This document shows, piece after piece, positions 50,394 to 64,000 of a stretch of 64,000 bases of DNA. The position numbers were made by a program, and so were the translations under genes. Source of the DNA: Malacoraja senta (Eukaryota); contig CM075999.1 of NCBI GenBank assembly GCA_038087875.1, forward strand, positions 1,862,001 through 1,926,000. Reading direction: 5' to 3'. The first letter of the stretch is position 1. Each line of letters starts with the position of its first letter. The notes below the pieces were generated by a model. The model was not told the DNA's origin and searched no databases. It saw only the letters and a list, made by a program, of their open reading frames with translations.

Positions 50394-52019
50394 CAATGCC
50401 CTCCATAATGTTTGGGACAAAGACCCATCATTCATTTGCCTCTGTACTCCACAATTTGAGATTTGTAATAGAAAAATCACATGTGGTTAAAGTGCACACT
50501 GTCAGATTTTATTAAAGGCCATTTTTATACATTTTGGTTTCACCATGTAGAAATTACAACTGTGTTTATACATAGTCCCCCCATTTCAGGGCACCATAAT
50601 GTTTGGGACACATGGCTTCACGTGTGTTTGTAATTGCTCAGGTGTGTTTAATTGCCTCCTTAATGCAGGTATAAGAGAGCTCTCAGCACCTAGTCTTTCC
50701 ATCACCTTTGGAAACTTTTATTGCTGTTTATCAACATGAGGACCAAAGTTGTGCCAATGAAAATCAAAGAAGCCATTATGAGACTGAGAAACAAGAATAA
50801 AACTGTTAAGAGACATCAGCCAAACCTTAGGCTTACCAAAATGAACTGTTTGGAACATCATTAAGAAGAGCACTGGGTGAGCTTACTAATCACAAAGGGA
50901 CTGGCAGGCCAAGGAAGACCTCCACAGCTGATGCCAGAAGAATTATTTCTATAATGAAGAAAAATCCTCAAACACCTGTCCGACAGATCAGAAACACTCT
51001 TCAGGAGTCAGATGTGGATTTGTCAATGACAACTGTCCGCAGAAGACTTCATGAACAGAAATAGAGGCTACACTGCAAGTTGCAAACCACTGGTTAGCCG
51101 ATAAATAGGATGGCCGGGTTACAGTTTGCCAAGAAGTACTTAAAAGAGTAACCACAGTTCTGGAAAAAGGCATGTGGACAGATGAGATGAAGATAAACTT
51201 ATATCAGAGTGATGGCAAGAACAATGTATGGAGTAGAGAAGAACTGCCCAAGATCCAAAGCATACCACCTCATCTGTGACAGTGGTGGGGTTGTTATGGC
51301 CTGAGCATGTATGGGTGCTGAAGGTACTGGCTCACTTATCTTCATTGATGATACAACTACTGAAGGTAGTAGCATAATGAATTCTGAAGTGTATAGACAC
51401 ATCCTATCTGCAAAGTTCAAACAAATGCCTCCAAACATTGGCCGGCAGTTCATTCGACAGAAAGACAATGATCCCATACTGCTAAAGCAACTAAGGAGTT
51501 TTTCAAAGCTAAAAAATGGTCAATTCTTGAGTGGCCAAGTCATTCACCCGATCTGAACCCAATTGAGCATGTCTTTTATATGCTGAAGAGAAAACTGAAG
51601 GGGACCAGCCCCCAAAACAAGCATACGGTAAAGATGGCTGCAATACAGGCCTGGCAGAGCATCACCAAAGACACCCAGCAACTGGTGATGTCCATGAATC
51701 GCAGACTTCAAGCAGTCATTACATGCAAAGGATATGCAACAAAATACTAAATATGACTACTTTCATTTACATGACATTGTTGTGTCCCAAACATTATGGT
51801 GCCCTGAAATGGGGGGGGGGGGGGGGGGGACACTATGTATAAACACTGCTGTAATTTCTACATGGTGAAACCAGACTGTATAAAAATGGCCTTTATTAAA
51901 ATCTGACAATGTGCACTTTAACCACATGTGATTTTTTCTATTACAAATCTCAAATTGTGGCGTACAGAGGCAAATAAATAAATGACGGGTCTTTGTCCCA
52001 AACATTATGGAGGGCACTG
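50394..52019 (+). mobile_element. Full-length decayed Tc1 transposon (IR/DR-type long TIRs, TA TSD)
   Basis: CAATGCCCTCCATAATGTTTGGGACAAAGACCC / GGGTCTTTGTCCCAAACATTATGGAGGGCACTG; ~215-bp TIRs with an internal repeat of CCATAATGTTTGGGACA; TA on both sides. Confidence 0.93.
50736..51750 (+). pseudogene. Tc1 transposase, frameshifted
   Basis: GRPRKT, WTDE, KDNDP and WPS.SPDLNPIEH motifs across frames. Confidence 0.88.
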
Positions 52020-52565
52020 TATACTACACTTTGAATGCCCACACGTGAATGAATATTAGGTATTTCATTTCACATCATATATTGAAAAGCAGTTCAAGCA
52101 TCAATTCAACCCCAAGAGGCATCCAGACAGGTAGACATTAATTTCAAGTTGATCCCCACCAAATTGCCTGAAGCCTGTCACATTTCAGCCTTGCGCATGC
52201 ATGCTGTCCAGGTGGCAGAACATGGGAATCAATAAATCTCACCTTCAATGGAAGGCTGCAGGACAAGGCAGCAGCTCCAAACAAACAAAATGAAATCAAA
52301 CCTTGCTGGGTGATCAGACATAAACCAATAGACCCAAGAACTGTAGGTGAAACAGTCTACATCAAGGTGTTCAGTTTAGCCAGCTAACTAAATGTGTAAT
52401 GAACTTTTCAATGCTGCTGGCAAACCAAAGGCACCCCATGCTAGAGTCAAAAGGGGGGGGTTCTGTTATATTACAAATGGCAAAACGCATTTTTTATAAA
52501 AAATTTCAACAGGTCCCTCCCCATATATTTGCAATAAATGCATCTCTCCAAAACTGCTTTCCACC

Positions 52566-54134
52566 CACCCCCCTCACTTTCTCCACATTTTGTTACATTG
52601 CAGCCTTATTTTTAAACGGATTACATTTTTTTTCTCATCAATCTACACACAATCCCCAGAATGAAGCGAAAACAGATGTTCAGAATGTTTTGCAAATTAA
52701 AAATAAATAACTGAAATATCACATTTACATCAGTATTCAGACCCTTTGCTATGACACTCAAAATTGAGCTTAGGTTCATCTTGTTTCCGTTGATTATCCT
52801 TGAGATGTCTCTACAACTTGGAGTCCATCAGTAGTAAATTAAATTGACTGGACATGATTTGGAAAGACACACACCTGTCTATATAAGGTCCCACAGTTGA
52901 CAGTGCATGTCAGAGCAAAAACCAAGCCATGAAGATGAAGGAATTGTCCGTAGACCTCCGAGACAGGATTGTGTCTCGACACAGATCTGGGGAAGGGTAC
53001 AAAACAATTTCTGCAGCATTGCAGATCCCAAAGAGCACAGTGGCCTCCGTTATTCTTAAATGGAAGAACTTTGGAACCACCAGGACTCTTCATAGAGCTG
53101 GCCGCCTGGCCAAACCGAGCAATCGGGGGAGAAGGGCCTTGGTCAGGGAGGTGACCAAGAACCCGATGGTCACTCTGACAGCTCCAGAGTTCCTCTGTGG
53201 AGAAGGGAGAACCTTCCAGAAGGACAACTATACCTGCAGCACTCCACCAATCAGGCCTTTATGGTAGAGTGGCCAGATGGAAGCCACTCCTCAGTAAAAT
53301 GCACAGAACAGCCCACTTGGAGTTTGCCAAAAGGCACCTAAAGGACTCTCAGACCATGAGAAACAAGATTCTCTGGTCTGATGAAACCAAGATTGAACAC
53401 TTCGGCCTGAATGCCAAGCGTAACGTCTGGAGGAAACCAGGCACCGCTCATCACCTGGCCAATACCATACCTACAGTGAAGCATGGTGGTGGCAGCATCA
53501 TTCTGTGGGGATGTTTTTCAGCAGCAGGAACTGTCAGGATCGTGGGAAAGATAAACGGAGCAAAGTACAGAGAGATCCTTGATGAAAACCTGCTCCAGAG
53601 CGTTCTGGACCTCAGACTGGGGCGGAGGTTCACCTTCCAATGACCCTAAGCACACAGCCAGGACAACGCACGAGTGGCTTCGTGACAAGTCTGTGAATGT
53701 CCTTGAGTGGCCCCGCCAGAGCCCGGACTTGAACCCGAGCAAACATATCTTGAGGGACCTGAAAATAGCTGTGCATCGACGCTTCCCATCCAATCTGAGA
53801 GCTTGAGAGGATCTGCAGAGAATGGGAGAAATTACCCAAATACAGGTGTGCCAAGCTTGCAGCGTCATACCTAAGACTTGAGGCTGTAATCGCTGCCAAC
53901 GGTGCCTCAACAAAGTAGAGTAAAGGGTCTGAATACTTATGTAAATGCGATATGTCCGTTATTTATTTTTAATTACTTTGCAAAAATTTCTAATCTGTTT
54001 TCGCTTTTTTTATTATGGGGTATTGTGTGTAGATAGATGATTTAAAAAATGAATTTAATCCATTTTAGAATAAGGCTGTAACGTAACAAAAAGTGGAAAA
54101 AGTGAAGGGGTGTGAATACTTTCTGAATGCACTG
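52566..54134 (+). mobile_element. Second Tc1 family, decayed; left TIR lacks its outer ~20 bp
   Basis: Right end GAATACTTTCTGAATGCACTG-TA; left CCCCTCACTTTCTCCACATTTTGTTAC is its inverted counterpart. Confidence 0.9.
52929..53923 (+). pseudogene. Tc1 transposase, frameshifted
   Basis: [59 protein letters not shown]. Confidence 0.92.
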
Positions 54135-57114
54135 TACATCTTGCATTGGGGTCTTGCCCCAGTACTTCATTTGTCAGTGGGACAGTCTCAGTTGCTCTTC
54201 CGGGTGTACAATTGTCATTCTCACCCAAGCTCTCGACGCTCAGCTACAGCTTTCCCCAAAGATAGACACAAAGTGCTGGAACAACTTTGCAGGTCAGGCA
54301 GCACCTCTGGAGAAAAAAAGATGGGTGACGTTTCGGAACGGGATCCTTCTTCAGCCCGGGAGGGAATAGAGTTAAGAAAAGGCCAGAACAAAGCATGGCC
54401 GGCAACAGATGACCAAGGAAGGGTGGGGCTCATAATTGGCTGGGGAAGACGTCATATCAAACGGATACATGGATGCGAACTGTGGAAAAAGCAGTGGACT
54501 ATGGTGGGGGAGAAAGTTCTCGACATGCTGCCCGACGCACTAAGTCACTCCAACACTGTGTCTATCTTCGGTATAAATCAGCATCTGCAGTTCCTTTCTA
54601 CATACAGATTTTCCCACCCTGTTTTCCTCCCTCCATCACCTTCCATCCTCCATGCAATTATTTCCAATCCCAGTTACCATTGTCACTCTCCACCTACAAG
54701 GCCGCGCTGGAATTCCAGGTGCAGTACGTTTCTCTGCCATCAATACAGTCGGTCAAATGCCATTGAGTAAAAACTTCCAGTATTCTCATGTAAAGCTGCC
54801 ATCTTCTACAAAACAAATTCTCCCTTGTGATGGGAAAACAATTCCACTGCCTTGGAAATGTTTTTCGCTTCTTAAATTGAAAGCACAAGACAGCTAAGCT
54901 CATCATTTCAAGTGCCAAGATTGCATTTGCCAAAACACACTGTGGGATATCAAGAAAACATGAAAGATGCTCCGTGTATACAAATTAATCTTTTCGTTAT
55001 CCATTAAGAATGCTTACTTCCCAATTGTAATGTCTTTGTGCTCATGTTATGCGTGTCAACAGGAATATAATGACAAGCACCAGCAAAACTCAAAGCCAAA
55101 TGCCATCACAAATACTAATCCCTTAACATTATTGAAAATGTTACCGATCACAATGTATAAAATGAAAGACATGACAGCACTGTGGCAACATATTAACATT
55201 TTATTAAAAGCATACAAAGGATAACAAGTACTCAAAACATATTGGCACTGAGCAACTCTGGGCAATGACATACTGGAACATATTCTTTATCACATGCCGC
55301 AGATTTTCCAATCAATTTTCTGCATCCTGTACAGCAGATCTTTTCAGCTTGAAAGTGATGCTATTCCTTTGCCCACATCATGAGATGTCAGCTTAAATGG
55401 AAAACAGTGTAAACAACTCAAAAAACAAAGTACAAACTGATATTTTGTTGGTAGATTGCTTTTGCAGAGTTACCCACCAAGTTCTTGAAGTTTGAGATGC
55501 ACTTGCGTACGGCCCTATATACACATTTATAATAGTCCGCTCCTTCTAAGATGACAGAACTGGAGAATGCAGACTGCCATCCTGTGGTGTAAATTATTTA
55601 TTTCTTGGCTCATGAATCCATTCAGTAAGCTGGGAGCCGTACAGCAGAGCCTAGTTTAGATGCAACAGATCAAACATGAGAATAATGTCATAATGTCATG
55701 TTTTCCCAAAGGTTTAATGAAGTAGAAACACCATTTTTTTAAAGTAATTAAAGACAACCTCATCCTCACAATCTTCATCCTTGCTGAACCCTACGGATCT
55801 CTTCTTTGTATAGATCTCTATTCTCCACCTCCCAATAAAAAAAAGGCTCCTGCACATATAGCCCTGTGGCAGCAGCAAGCCCCAGACCTTCAAATAAGTA
55901 ATTCTAGGTTTAGGATTCAAACTAGAAAATGTGCCGAGCGATTAGAAATAATTGTCTTGAACACTGAGTTTCAAGGACATTAGATGTCTGACCCGAAACC
56001 TCACCCATTCCTTCTCTCCACAGATGCTGCCTGTCCTACTGAGTTACTCCAGCATTTTGTGTCTATCTATGGTTTAAACCAGCATCTGCAGTTCCTTCAT
56101 AAACATTAGACGTCCAGTTAAGTCGATACGTAAGCCACTTAAACCACACAGGTGACACTTCAATAAGCATTTTGATTGTTATTTTTGTCTTACATCAAAC
56201 CATCTACATTTTATTATAATATGCGGCTTGATAATTAAAAGAGCAGGTTTAGATTATGAAAACAAGGATGCCAAGTGAAACTATAACCCATCAATTTATT
56301 TTCAATTCACTGCAAGCCTAAGAGCAAAAAATACAAGGGGGAACAAGGATAAACATATTTACCGAATGAAAATGTTGAAGAGGCTGATTTTCAAAGCAAT
56401 GGGGAAATGCGTGGCTTTGGAATTAATTGAAGGCTCTATATAAAACTTGACACAAGGTGATGACCACCCTCCATCTCTGTGATTAGTCTCGAAGATTCGA
56501 CATGTCTAGATGGCGCAACAGTAAAGCCCAGAATGGTATTGGGTTCAATTCCCAAATTTTACCTAGACTGTAGAATTCAGCCAAAATGATCGGGGAGAAC
56601 AGAATTTATCTTGCCATCCTTGGGGTTGGCTGTACCTCTCTGTGAGGTCATTGATGGACTAAGACTATCTATGTTGCCTACATACCTACCTTCTCTAGAA
56701 ATACAGTAGAGCAATGGCCATGTAATTGAATTAAAGACTTGAATACATCACCAGGACAAATTGGACAATGTGAATCGATTTTTAAAACAACTAAATTGTT
56801 GACAGTAATAAACGCTAAAAGATCCTAATCAGTAATAGTGGCCATGATTGATGGTGGCCAAGTCAGATTGGTAAACCAGCTGGGTTATTCACACAATGTG
56901 TGAGAACAGGAAGCTGCCATCTTTGCATGCGATGATGGCAATGCAGCAAGTTGTTTTCTTTAGGAAAGAAAGCAAAGGAGAAATCTCAGAGATGTTTAAA
57001 ATAATGAATACTTTGCACAGATTATAATTTCAAATGCTTAAAAGAACAATACATTTGGCAAAAGCAACAGTATGTTTTTATTGGTAATGCAACAAGTAGA
57101 GAGATTTTACATGC

Positions 57115-57303
57115 GTAGGAAGGAACTGCAGATGCTGGTTTAAACTGAAGATAGACAAAAAGCTGGAGTAACTCAGTGGGTCAGACAGCATCTCTGGAGA
57201 AATAGGGTCTGAAGGATCTCAACGCGAAACATCACCTATTCCTTTTCTCCAGAGATGCTGTCTGACCCACTGAGTTACTCCAGCTTTTTGTGTCTCATCT
57301 TCG
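57115..57303. mobile_element. Older palindromic Penelope repeat (similar copies at 59985-60163 and 61920-62110)
   Basis: Inverted GCTGGAGTAACTCAG / CTGAGTTACTCCAGC arms with a decayed hammerhead core. Confidence 0.75.
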
Positions 57304-58417
57304 ATAGATGTTCCATAATGGTCAGGAGTGGTAGATGGGGAGTTAATTGTAGTTTTAAGGAATTGAACACATTCTTAAAGGAGACCAATTATAGGAATAT
57401 AAGGAAGAGCCAGGGAATAGATCAATCCGCAATGCTTGGAATCCGCGGAGAGGAAAGTTGGAATCATCATCCTCAGTGCTATATGTTAACATCTTGTTTT
57501 TGAGACCTTGAGTGCAATACAAACTTTAAATGCCAATTCCAAACTGGGTAAGAGGGCCTAGAAGAAAAGAATTGTAAACCCTACAGATCAAAGGTGACTG
57601 AGAATTTGAAGCCAACAACAAGTACAATGTACTTACACATATCTACTGCAGTGGCAAACAATCCTCATTTATGTATCTAGTCACTTTCAAATTCAAAGAG
57701 AGTGCCGCTGTGAAAGAGAAATGGTACATTTTTACTATAAAAGATTGAAGATTCTGTCTTTGTACAATTTGTTTTAAACTGCAAAGTTAATTTCAATAGT
57801 CTATCCACAGTATGTTGCATCTACAGTGGCTGCAAGATCTCTGATAGACAAAATATATAGATGTCAACACATGGCATGCAAGAGAAAAGCAGAAAAATAA
57901 TTCCTAATCTGTGACGAGTTTGCTGATGCCAGATTAACTGTGGGGTGCCATCACATACTTTAACATTTAAAAAGGTAAAAACAATCTGTAATGCTGAAAA
58001 TGCTGGGGTTACACAGCACTTCCGGCAGCATCTGTGGAGAGAAATAGAATCGACGTTCTGATGAACGTCATCGATTCAGGAACCAAGAGTGTTTTAAGGT
58101 CATGTGTCCCAGATAGAACAATGAGATTCTTACTTGCGGCAGCACAACAGAATATGTAAACATAGTACACTGTACACAATATAAGAGGAAGACTGACTGA
58201 ACTTTGCCTTCCATCACAGTGCTCAATGTGGTGGATATTTATGTTATGTTTTATCATTCTTTGAATTGTATTGTGTTCTTTTAATTGTATGGCTGCATGG
58301 TAACTCAATGTGACAATAAATGTGAATGTGAATTTGAATATAATAAATGAGAAAAAATGTTACGCGCATATGTACACATAAAATACAAACAATAATTGTC
58401 CATTAACTGTATAAGGG

Positions 58418-58740
58418 TCAGCACAATGGTATAGAGCTGCACATTTTTAGAGATACAGCCTCATCGTCGTAAAATCCTAGATCAAATCCGGCCCTCTCGT
58501 GGTGTGTGTATGGAGTTTGCACATTATTCCTGTCACTTCGCAAGTTTCCTTTCCTGATCTCAAAGAAAGTGTGGTTTGGCTGGTTAATTGGCTATGTAAA
58601 TTGTCCCCAGTGTGTAGGTGAGAGGTAGAATCCTGGGGAAATTGAGGCAATGTGGAAAGAAGAAAATAATGAGATTAATGGATCCAGGTACTCGATGGAG
58701 GAATTGAGTAAATGGACAGAAGGGCTCGTTTCTGTCCTAC
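58418..58740 (+). mobile_element. Old diverged V-SINE
   Basis: TGTATGGAGTTTGCACATT.TTCCTGT..GGTTAATTGGCTATGTAAATTGTCCCCAGTGTGTAGG. Confidence 0.65.
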
Positions 58741-61700
58741 ATTGACCAACATTTTGCCCCAGAAGAAATCACCAGCTTCAAAGAGAAATTTGATGGTTGA
58801 GGAACATGAAAGTTTGCTTTTAGAGCTCAAATGCAAATGTGCTCGAAATGTTCTGAATTTATTCAACGTTTGGCAAGTGACATTCAACTGATAAACAGCA
58901 ACTTACTCATTAAGCTTCAAATAACTTAGTATGCAGTATGGGTACCGCAGGAAACACAAAATCTGCTTAAATATGCCACAAATACACAACTGGTTTATGA
59001 AAAGAAAAGATCACTTACTCCAGGTTGAACAGTGATAGTATTGTTTTATGAATTTGTTTGCAATATTGGCCAAGATGTTTTGCTGTTAATTGCGATTAGT
59101 TCCTCACACTAATTAGTTACTTCTATGGAGTTTTTCAATGTTTTGGTCTCTTTTTTACTACCACACAATAAACACAACGATCCCTCCTAAGATCTTCAGA
59201 CAGTGTTGTAAACTTTAATGTACATTCACCAGAGGAAAAGATAATTTTCAAATCAAAAAGATTTTATTTTGAATTGGCTTTGAAACAAGTAATTCTTCAT
59301 ATGGTTCTGTACCAAATCGTTACACCTCAAATGCATTCAAAGGGATATTCTATAAACTGGTTGATTATCAACATTTCCTGAATGCCTCATTTGTTACAAT
59401 GTAAACAAAAACCTGCATGGATAAAGTCAAGCTCAAAGTGTACCTGGCAAATGATCGTTAATCCATTTCCTTCCACATTTGGCATATTTTGTTTGTTGCA
59501 TGTCCTCTCACTAAAAGCTACAAAACAGCACAAAATATATATATTGACAATTCAAAACAATTTGTGTTAATGCTTCTTTGTTTCACGTCAAAATATCTCA
59601 GCGATCAAACTTTCTCTTCTTCACTTTAGGACATGATTCTGCATTGGAGAGAGCTAAATTGTTTGTTAAATCTTGGCCATGCTGCCAAGCACAATGATAC
59701 CAAAACAGTGAGTGTCCAAAGAGCAGCCTGACCTTGATGGTAGCACGATAAAGCAAACAAAAAGCAATTTCAGCATGCGGTTAATTCTCACTGTTTTTTA
59801 ATCGTTAGAAAATCCTCTAAGCACTAAATCTTTTGTTTAATGACAATGCGACCATTTGCTGCATATAACTAATGAAGTTATAGGATTTGAAAGCAGTTTT
59901 ATGGCGAAGTTAAAGTAGAATTTCCTTATTCCACATCTTTGCAAAATGAATTTCAGAAATCAGAGACGAAAGCTGTGTGTGATGTGTAGGAACTGGTTTA
60001 CAATGCAGGTAGACACAAAATGCTGGAGTAACTCAGCAGGTCAGGCAGCATCTCCGGAGAAAAGGAATCCAGTCTGAAGAAGGATCTCAACCTGACACGT
60101 CACCTATTCCTTTACTCCAGAGATGCCCGACCCGCTGACATACTCCAGCATTTTGTGTCTACCTCAGCTGCAGGTGATATGCATGGTCAGCTGCACGTGC
60201 TTGGTCTGTTTGTAAAATACTATTGCCATTCACTGCAGCTTGAATATAACTTTCACATGCAGTAAGTAAACATTACATGAATGAGCCTCACCTGAGTGGG
60301 CCTCTAGCTTCCGCATTTGCACTTATCAAACAAATCAAAAAATACCAGTTAAACTTACAATTAGACACTACAGCCAACGCGCACCACTGTAAAACACAGA
60401 ACTCACTATTCATACACAAATAATTTGTTCAGCTTAGTTTTTGGCAAGTCAGAAGTTCAGAAAAACATTCACGTTCTCCACTTTGCTGCTCTGGCTTGTT
60501 TAACAAATACGTAAATTTTCCGCAAATGACAGTAAAATAGATTTAGCTGATGATGTATCATGCTATTACAAACTTCCAAATAAAAGTCAAATGTGGGAAG
60601 TTCACTGTGTATTTGGCAGTCAGTTTAATGCAAGGTTTGCAATTTCTACACCCATTTTCAGTGTGGAAAAAATGAAATTGTAAAAGGTGAAAGTTAGAAA
60701 TCTCACTCTCATGATCACTTGCATAGCAAAGGATATATTTGGGCTAGTTTGTCTCTCATTTCTGGAACAGATACTGTACCACTCAAAATAATTTAATCAA
60801 ATGATTACTATAAATTATAGTTTGGCATCTTGTATTAAACAATCACAAATGTGCAAGATTTTGGATTAAGCTCAACACAATCAACAATCCTTATTTTATA
60901 TAGGACAACTTCAACATTTCAAAATCACAGTGTACAAAATGAGCAGCACATACTCATTAATTCATGGTTTTTTTTTTAAATAAAGAATTTAGATGTTAAA
61001 TTTAAAGATTGTGAAATATTCCTAAGTGTCTGGTGTTATCCAGTGTTCAGAAGGTAATCACCGACACTGACAGATCACTGTTTAAACCCCAACAAGGCTT
61101 ATAATATGTCTGTTTTACTTTATTTAGATCACATTAACTAATCAAAGCCATTAAAATCAAAATGTATCAATTATTAAACGACATCTATATATTTTGGGCA
61201 AGATAAGCAAAGAAAAAAGTTACTAGAAGTATTTTAAAATACTAGAGGGAATCTGCAAAGACCAGTTAAAAGCTGTTCGAGGGCCTTTGATCAAAATATT
61301 CAAATCATGGCATTTAAGTCTCGTACCATTATGATCTATAAATTTAAAGAAATAAAGTAAAATCTTTGAATAATTTGACAGAATAAAATAAACTGTCTAC
61401 AGCTGGTTTCTATTTAAACATCATACTGCATCCATCCCCACAGTATTTGTTACTTTACGATTTAAGAAAAAGCCCAGAATTTCAAGGTACAAACCTAATG
61501 TTAGAGCTCCAGATAGTTTCTTCAAATGTTATTGTTACTTAGACAGAATGATAGCCATAACCACTGAATTTTATTTCAGTATTTTAAATCATTCTGATGG
61601 TCTTGAATTCTTCGTGAATGTTATGTCTTTTGAATGAAGGACCTATATTTAGTCATTCCTTATCCAGATTTGGAGAGCAAATACACGACTTCATCATATA

Positions 61701-64000
61701 CAAAAATAGAGATTAAATGAAGAATTCCAAACTTATTTTTGGAAATTCCATTTAAAAAACCATTCAAATCCAATTTCAATTATTTGGTTTATTTTGTGTT
61801 ATTTGATGAAGTAAACTTTGTGCTGTGCTAAAAAGAAAACAATTACCACATTTTTAGTTGTAATGCTTTAGTTTTGACAACTGTTTACTTTTTAGATGAA
61901 ATGCCAAAATATATTAGACACAAGGAACTGCAGATGTGGGATAACAAAAAAAAAAACACAAAGTGCTGGAGTAACTCAGTGGGTCAGACAGCATCTCTGC
62001 ACATCATGTTTCGGGTCAGGACTGAAGAAGGGTTCCGACCCGAAATGTCACTTATCCATGTTCCCCAAAGAAGCTACCTGATCCGCTGAGTTACTCCAGC
62101 ATTTTGTGTACTTTTTTTTGTCGAAATATACTATGTAGATTGTGAAAAACTTGGCACAGAAATTGTCTTACCACGTAACTCCAAGAGCAGCTTCCTGTAC
62201 AGCCCCCACCTAGGATGTTGGTGTCATGACAACAGGTCAGGGCCAGTCTCAACCACGCTTCCCTGATAGTCAGGTGACAAAAGGATATTTGTTAACACTT
62301 AAGAGACTAGAATGGAAATACAATTTGTGGCTATTTACCAGAGTATTTAGTAACAGCAATACAAAGAAATTTCTTATTGCCTACACCCATTTGTTTACCT
62401 TGCAACCACAACGCTCCAACTTAAAATATTTTTCGGGGTTTTTTTTTTAAAGCTAAAAGGAAAAATAAATGGTTAGAGCTGATCCGTAGCCAATGACAAA
62501 GTGCTAGCGTCACACTGGGCAGATCACCGCATGAATATTGCCTTTATTTAAATTAGCCGAAGTAGATTGGCACTAGAATTTTTTTTTGGATAATTTTCAA
62601 GTATTTTTTAAAAAAATCAAGAAGAAAACTGCCAGTCATGCCATTTTGTTCCAATCGATGAATGTTGTACAGAAATTATACTGTAGTAGCCAACCTGGAA
62701 ATAGGGATGTCACAAACATGACTCTCATAGATTCTTTGTTTTCGAGCACAATTTAACATAAAATGAATGGAATTAATTCTGCACACCAGGTTATACAATG
62801 AGGAATTGTTTTCAGTAAATCAGCATTCAACGCTTACCCCAGATAAGTAAATTTTAAGCGAATGACAGTAAAATATCAATCTATTGTTACCATCACAAAC
62901 GACTTTTGTTTGTTCTACCATATCTGCTTGTGAATGCGACCTGGACCATTATAACATCGTGCGCTTGGCAAGAGATTTTTTATTTGAATTAGCCAGTTTA
63001 CAAAAGGTATGCCATCCCTATTTGGCCATTTTAATATTGCCAGTATATTTTCAGTAATACAGCGTTTGAGACTGACAGATTCAGAAATGGCACTAACTAG
63101 AGATCAAAAAGATCACCAAGCTTTTGCAGTTAAGATTTAAATTCTCTTTGCATGCTGTTATTCTCAAAAGTACATACTTCAGTTGATCAAAATCAAGTAG
63201 CATTTGATAAACTTAGCTCATGATGTTTCAGATCTGAAAACAAAGAGGATTGAAGGTATCGAATTTTAGAAGCCTTGACATGTTTAATTTAAACAATATT
63301 GTTTTTGTACCAAACATTAACACGCCTAATGAAACCGATGGGAGGTTTCTTCCAATTGCATATATTCTTAAAAATTAATTCAAGGATAGCCTTCATCCCT
63401 ATTACCAACAAGCTAAATAAATATGCAAAACTGCTGTAAGTGAGTGATCAAAAAAGATAGCTAATTGTTCTAAATCTGCTGCTGTAGATATAACGCAGCA
63501 ATAGTTTAAATACCATTTGGGTTACCGGAAATCAATGTTTTTTACCCATTCTTCATTATGCACAAACATTTTGGGAATAATTAGATTTCACTCTGTACAA
63601 GGTAAGTCCACTGCACAATGAATGTTATTCAGTTTTATTGGAAGTCAACTAATTCTTCACCCTGATAGGTCAAATGTTATTCCACCAATGGAGGACATAT
63701 GGAGGTCCACACCAATTTTCAAAGCAGCAGAACCAATGAAGGTTGGTAGTTACACGTGGAGTGCAACCCAATATTTAAGCAGCTTTCTTAAATCACTAAG
63801 AGACGTCTGTGGAAGGATACACACACTTCAATAAATAGACAGAAAAAGGAATAGGCCATCACACCTCAAACCCGGTTCACTATTGAATATATTTCAGCCA
63901 TTCGTGCAAAACATTCACTTTACATTCGTTACAACATGAGAAAACATTTTACTAAAACTCCATTTTAACTTGCAATTATTACTATTTTTCCAACTGGTGT

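Noticed and set aside
54093..54770. 225-aa ORF
   Set aside because: Crosses a Tc1 TIR and a Penelope repeat, has no recognisable domain and starts at GTG.

Overview
Vertebrate, repeat-dense, apparently non-genic (intergenic or intronic) DNA. The repeat repertoire suggests a cartilaginous fish, probably a skate or ray (inference): HE1-like V-SINEs, CR1 3' fragments, Rex1/Babar LINEs, Penelope-derived hammerhead repeats, one near-full-length decayed L1, two decayed Tc1 transposons and several MITEs. I recognise no host exon, and all interpretable ORFs are transposon remnants. About 1-54.6 kb is mostly nested mobile DNA, while 54.6-64 kb is AT-rich and largely unique. The most notable signals are RNA-structural. 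(i) A 145-bp TSD-flanked mini-retroelement (5847-5991) has a head that folds as a minimal HDV-like ribozyme starting at its first base. (ii) A 530-bp internally deleted RTE (49303-49832) also starts exactly at the P1 helix of a related HDV-like fold. (iii) Many short Penelope terminal-repeat insertions carry a minimal hammerhead core, often as TSD-flanked palindromes. All folds were derived by eye and are untested.
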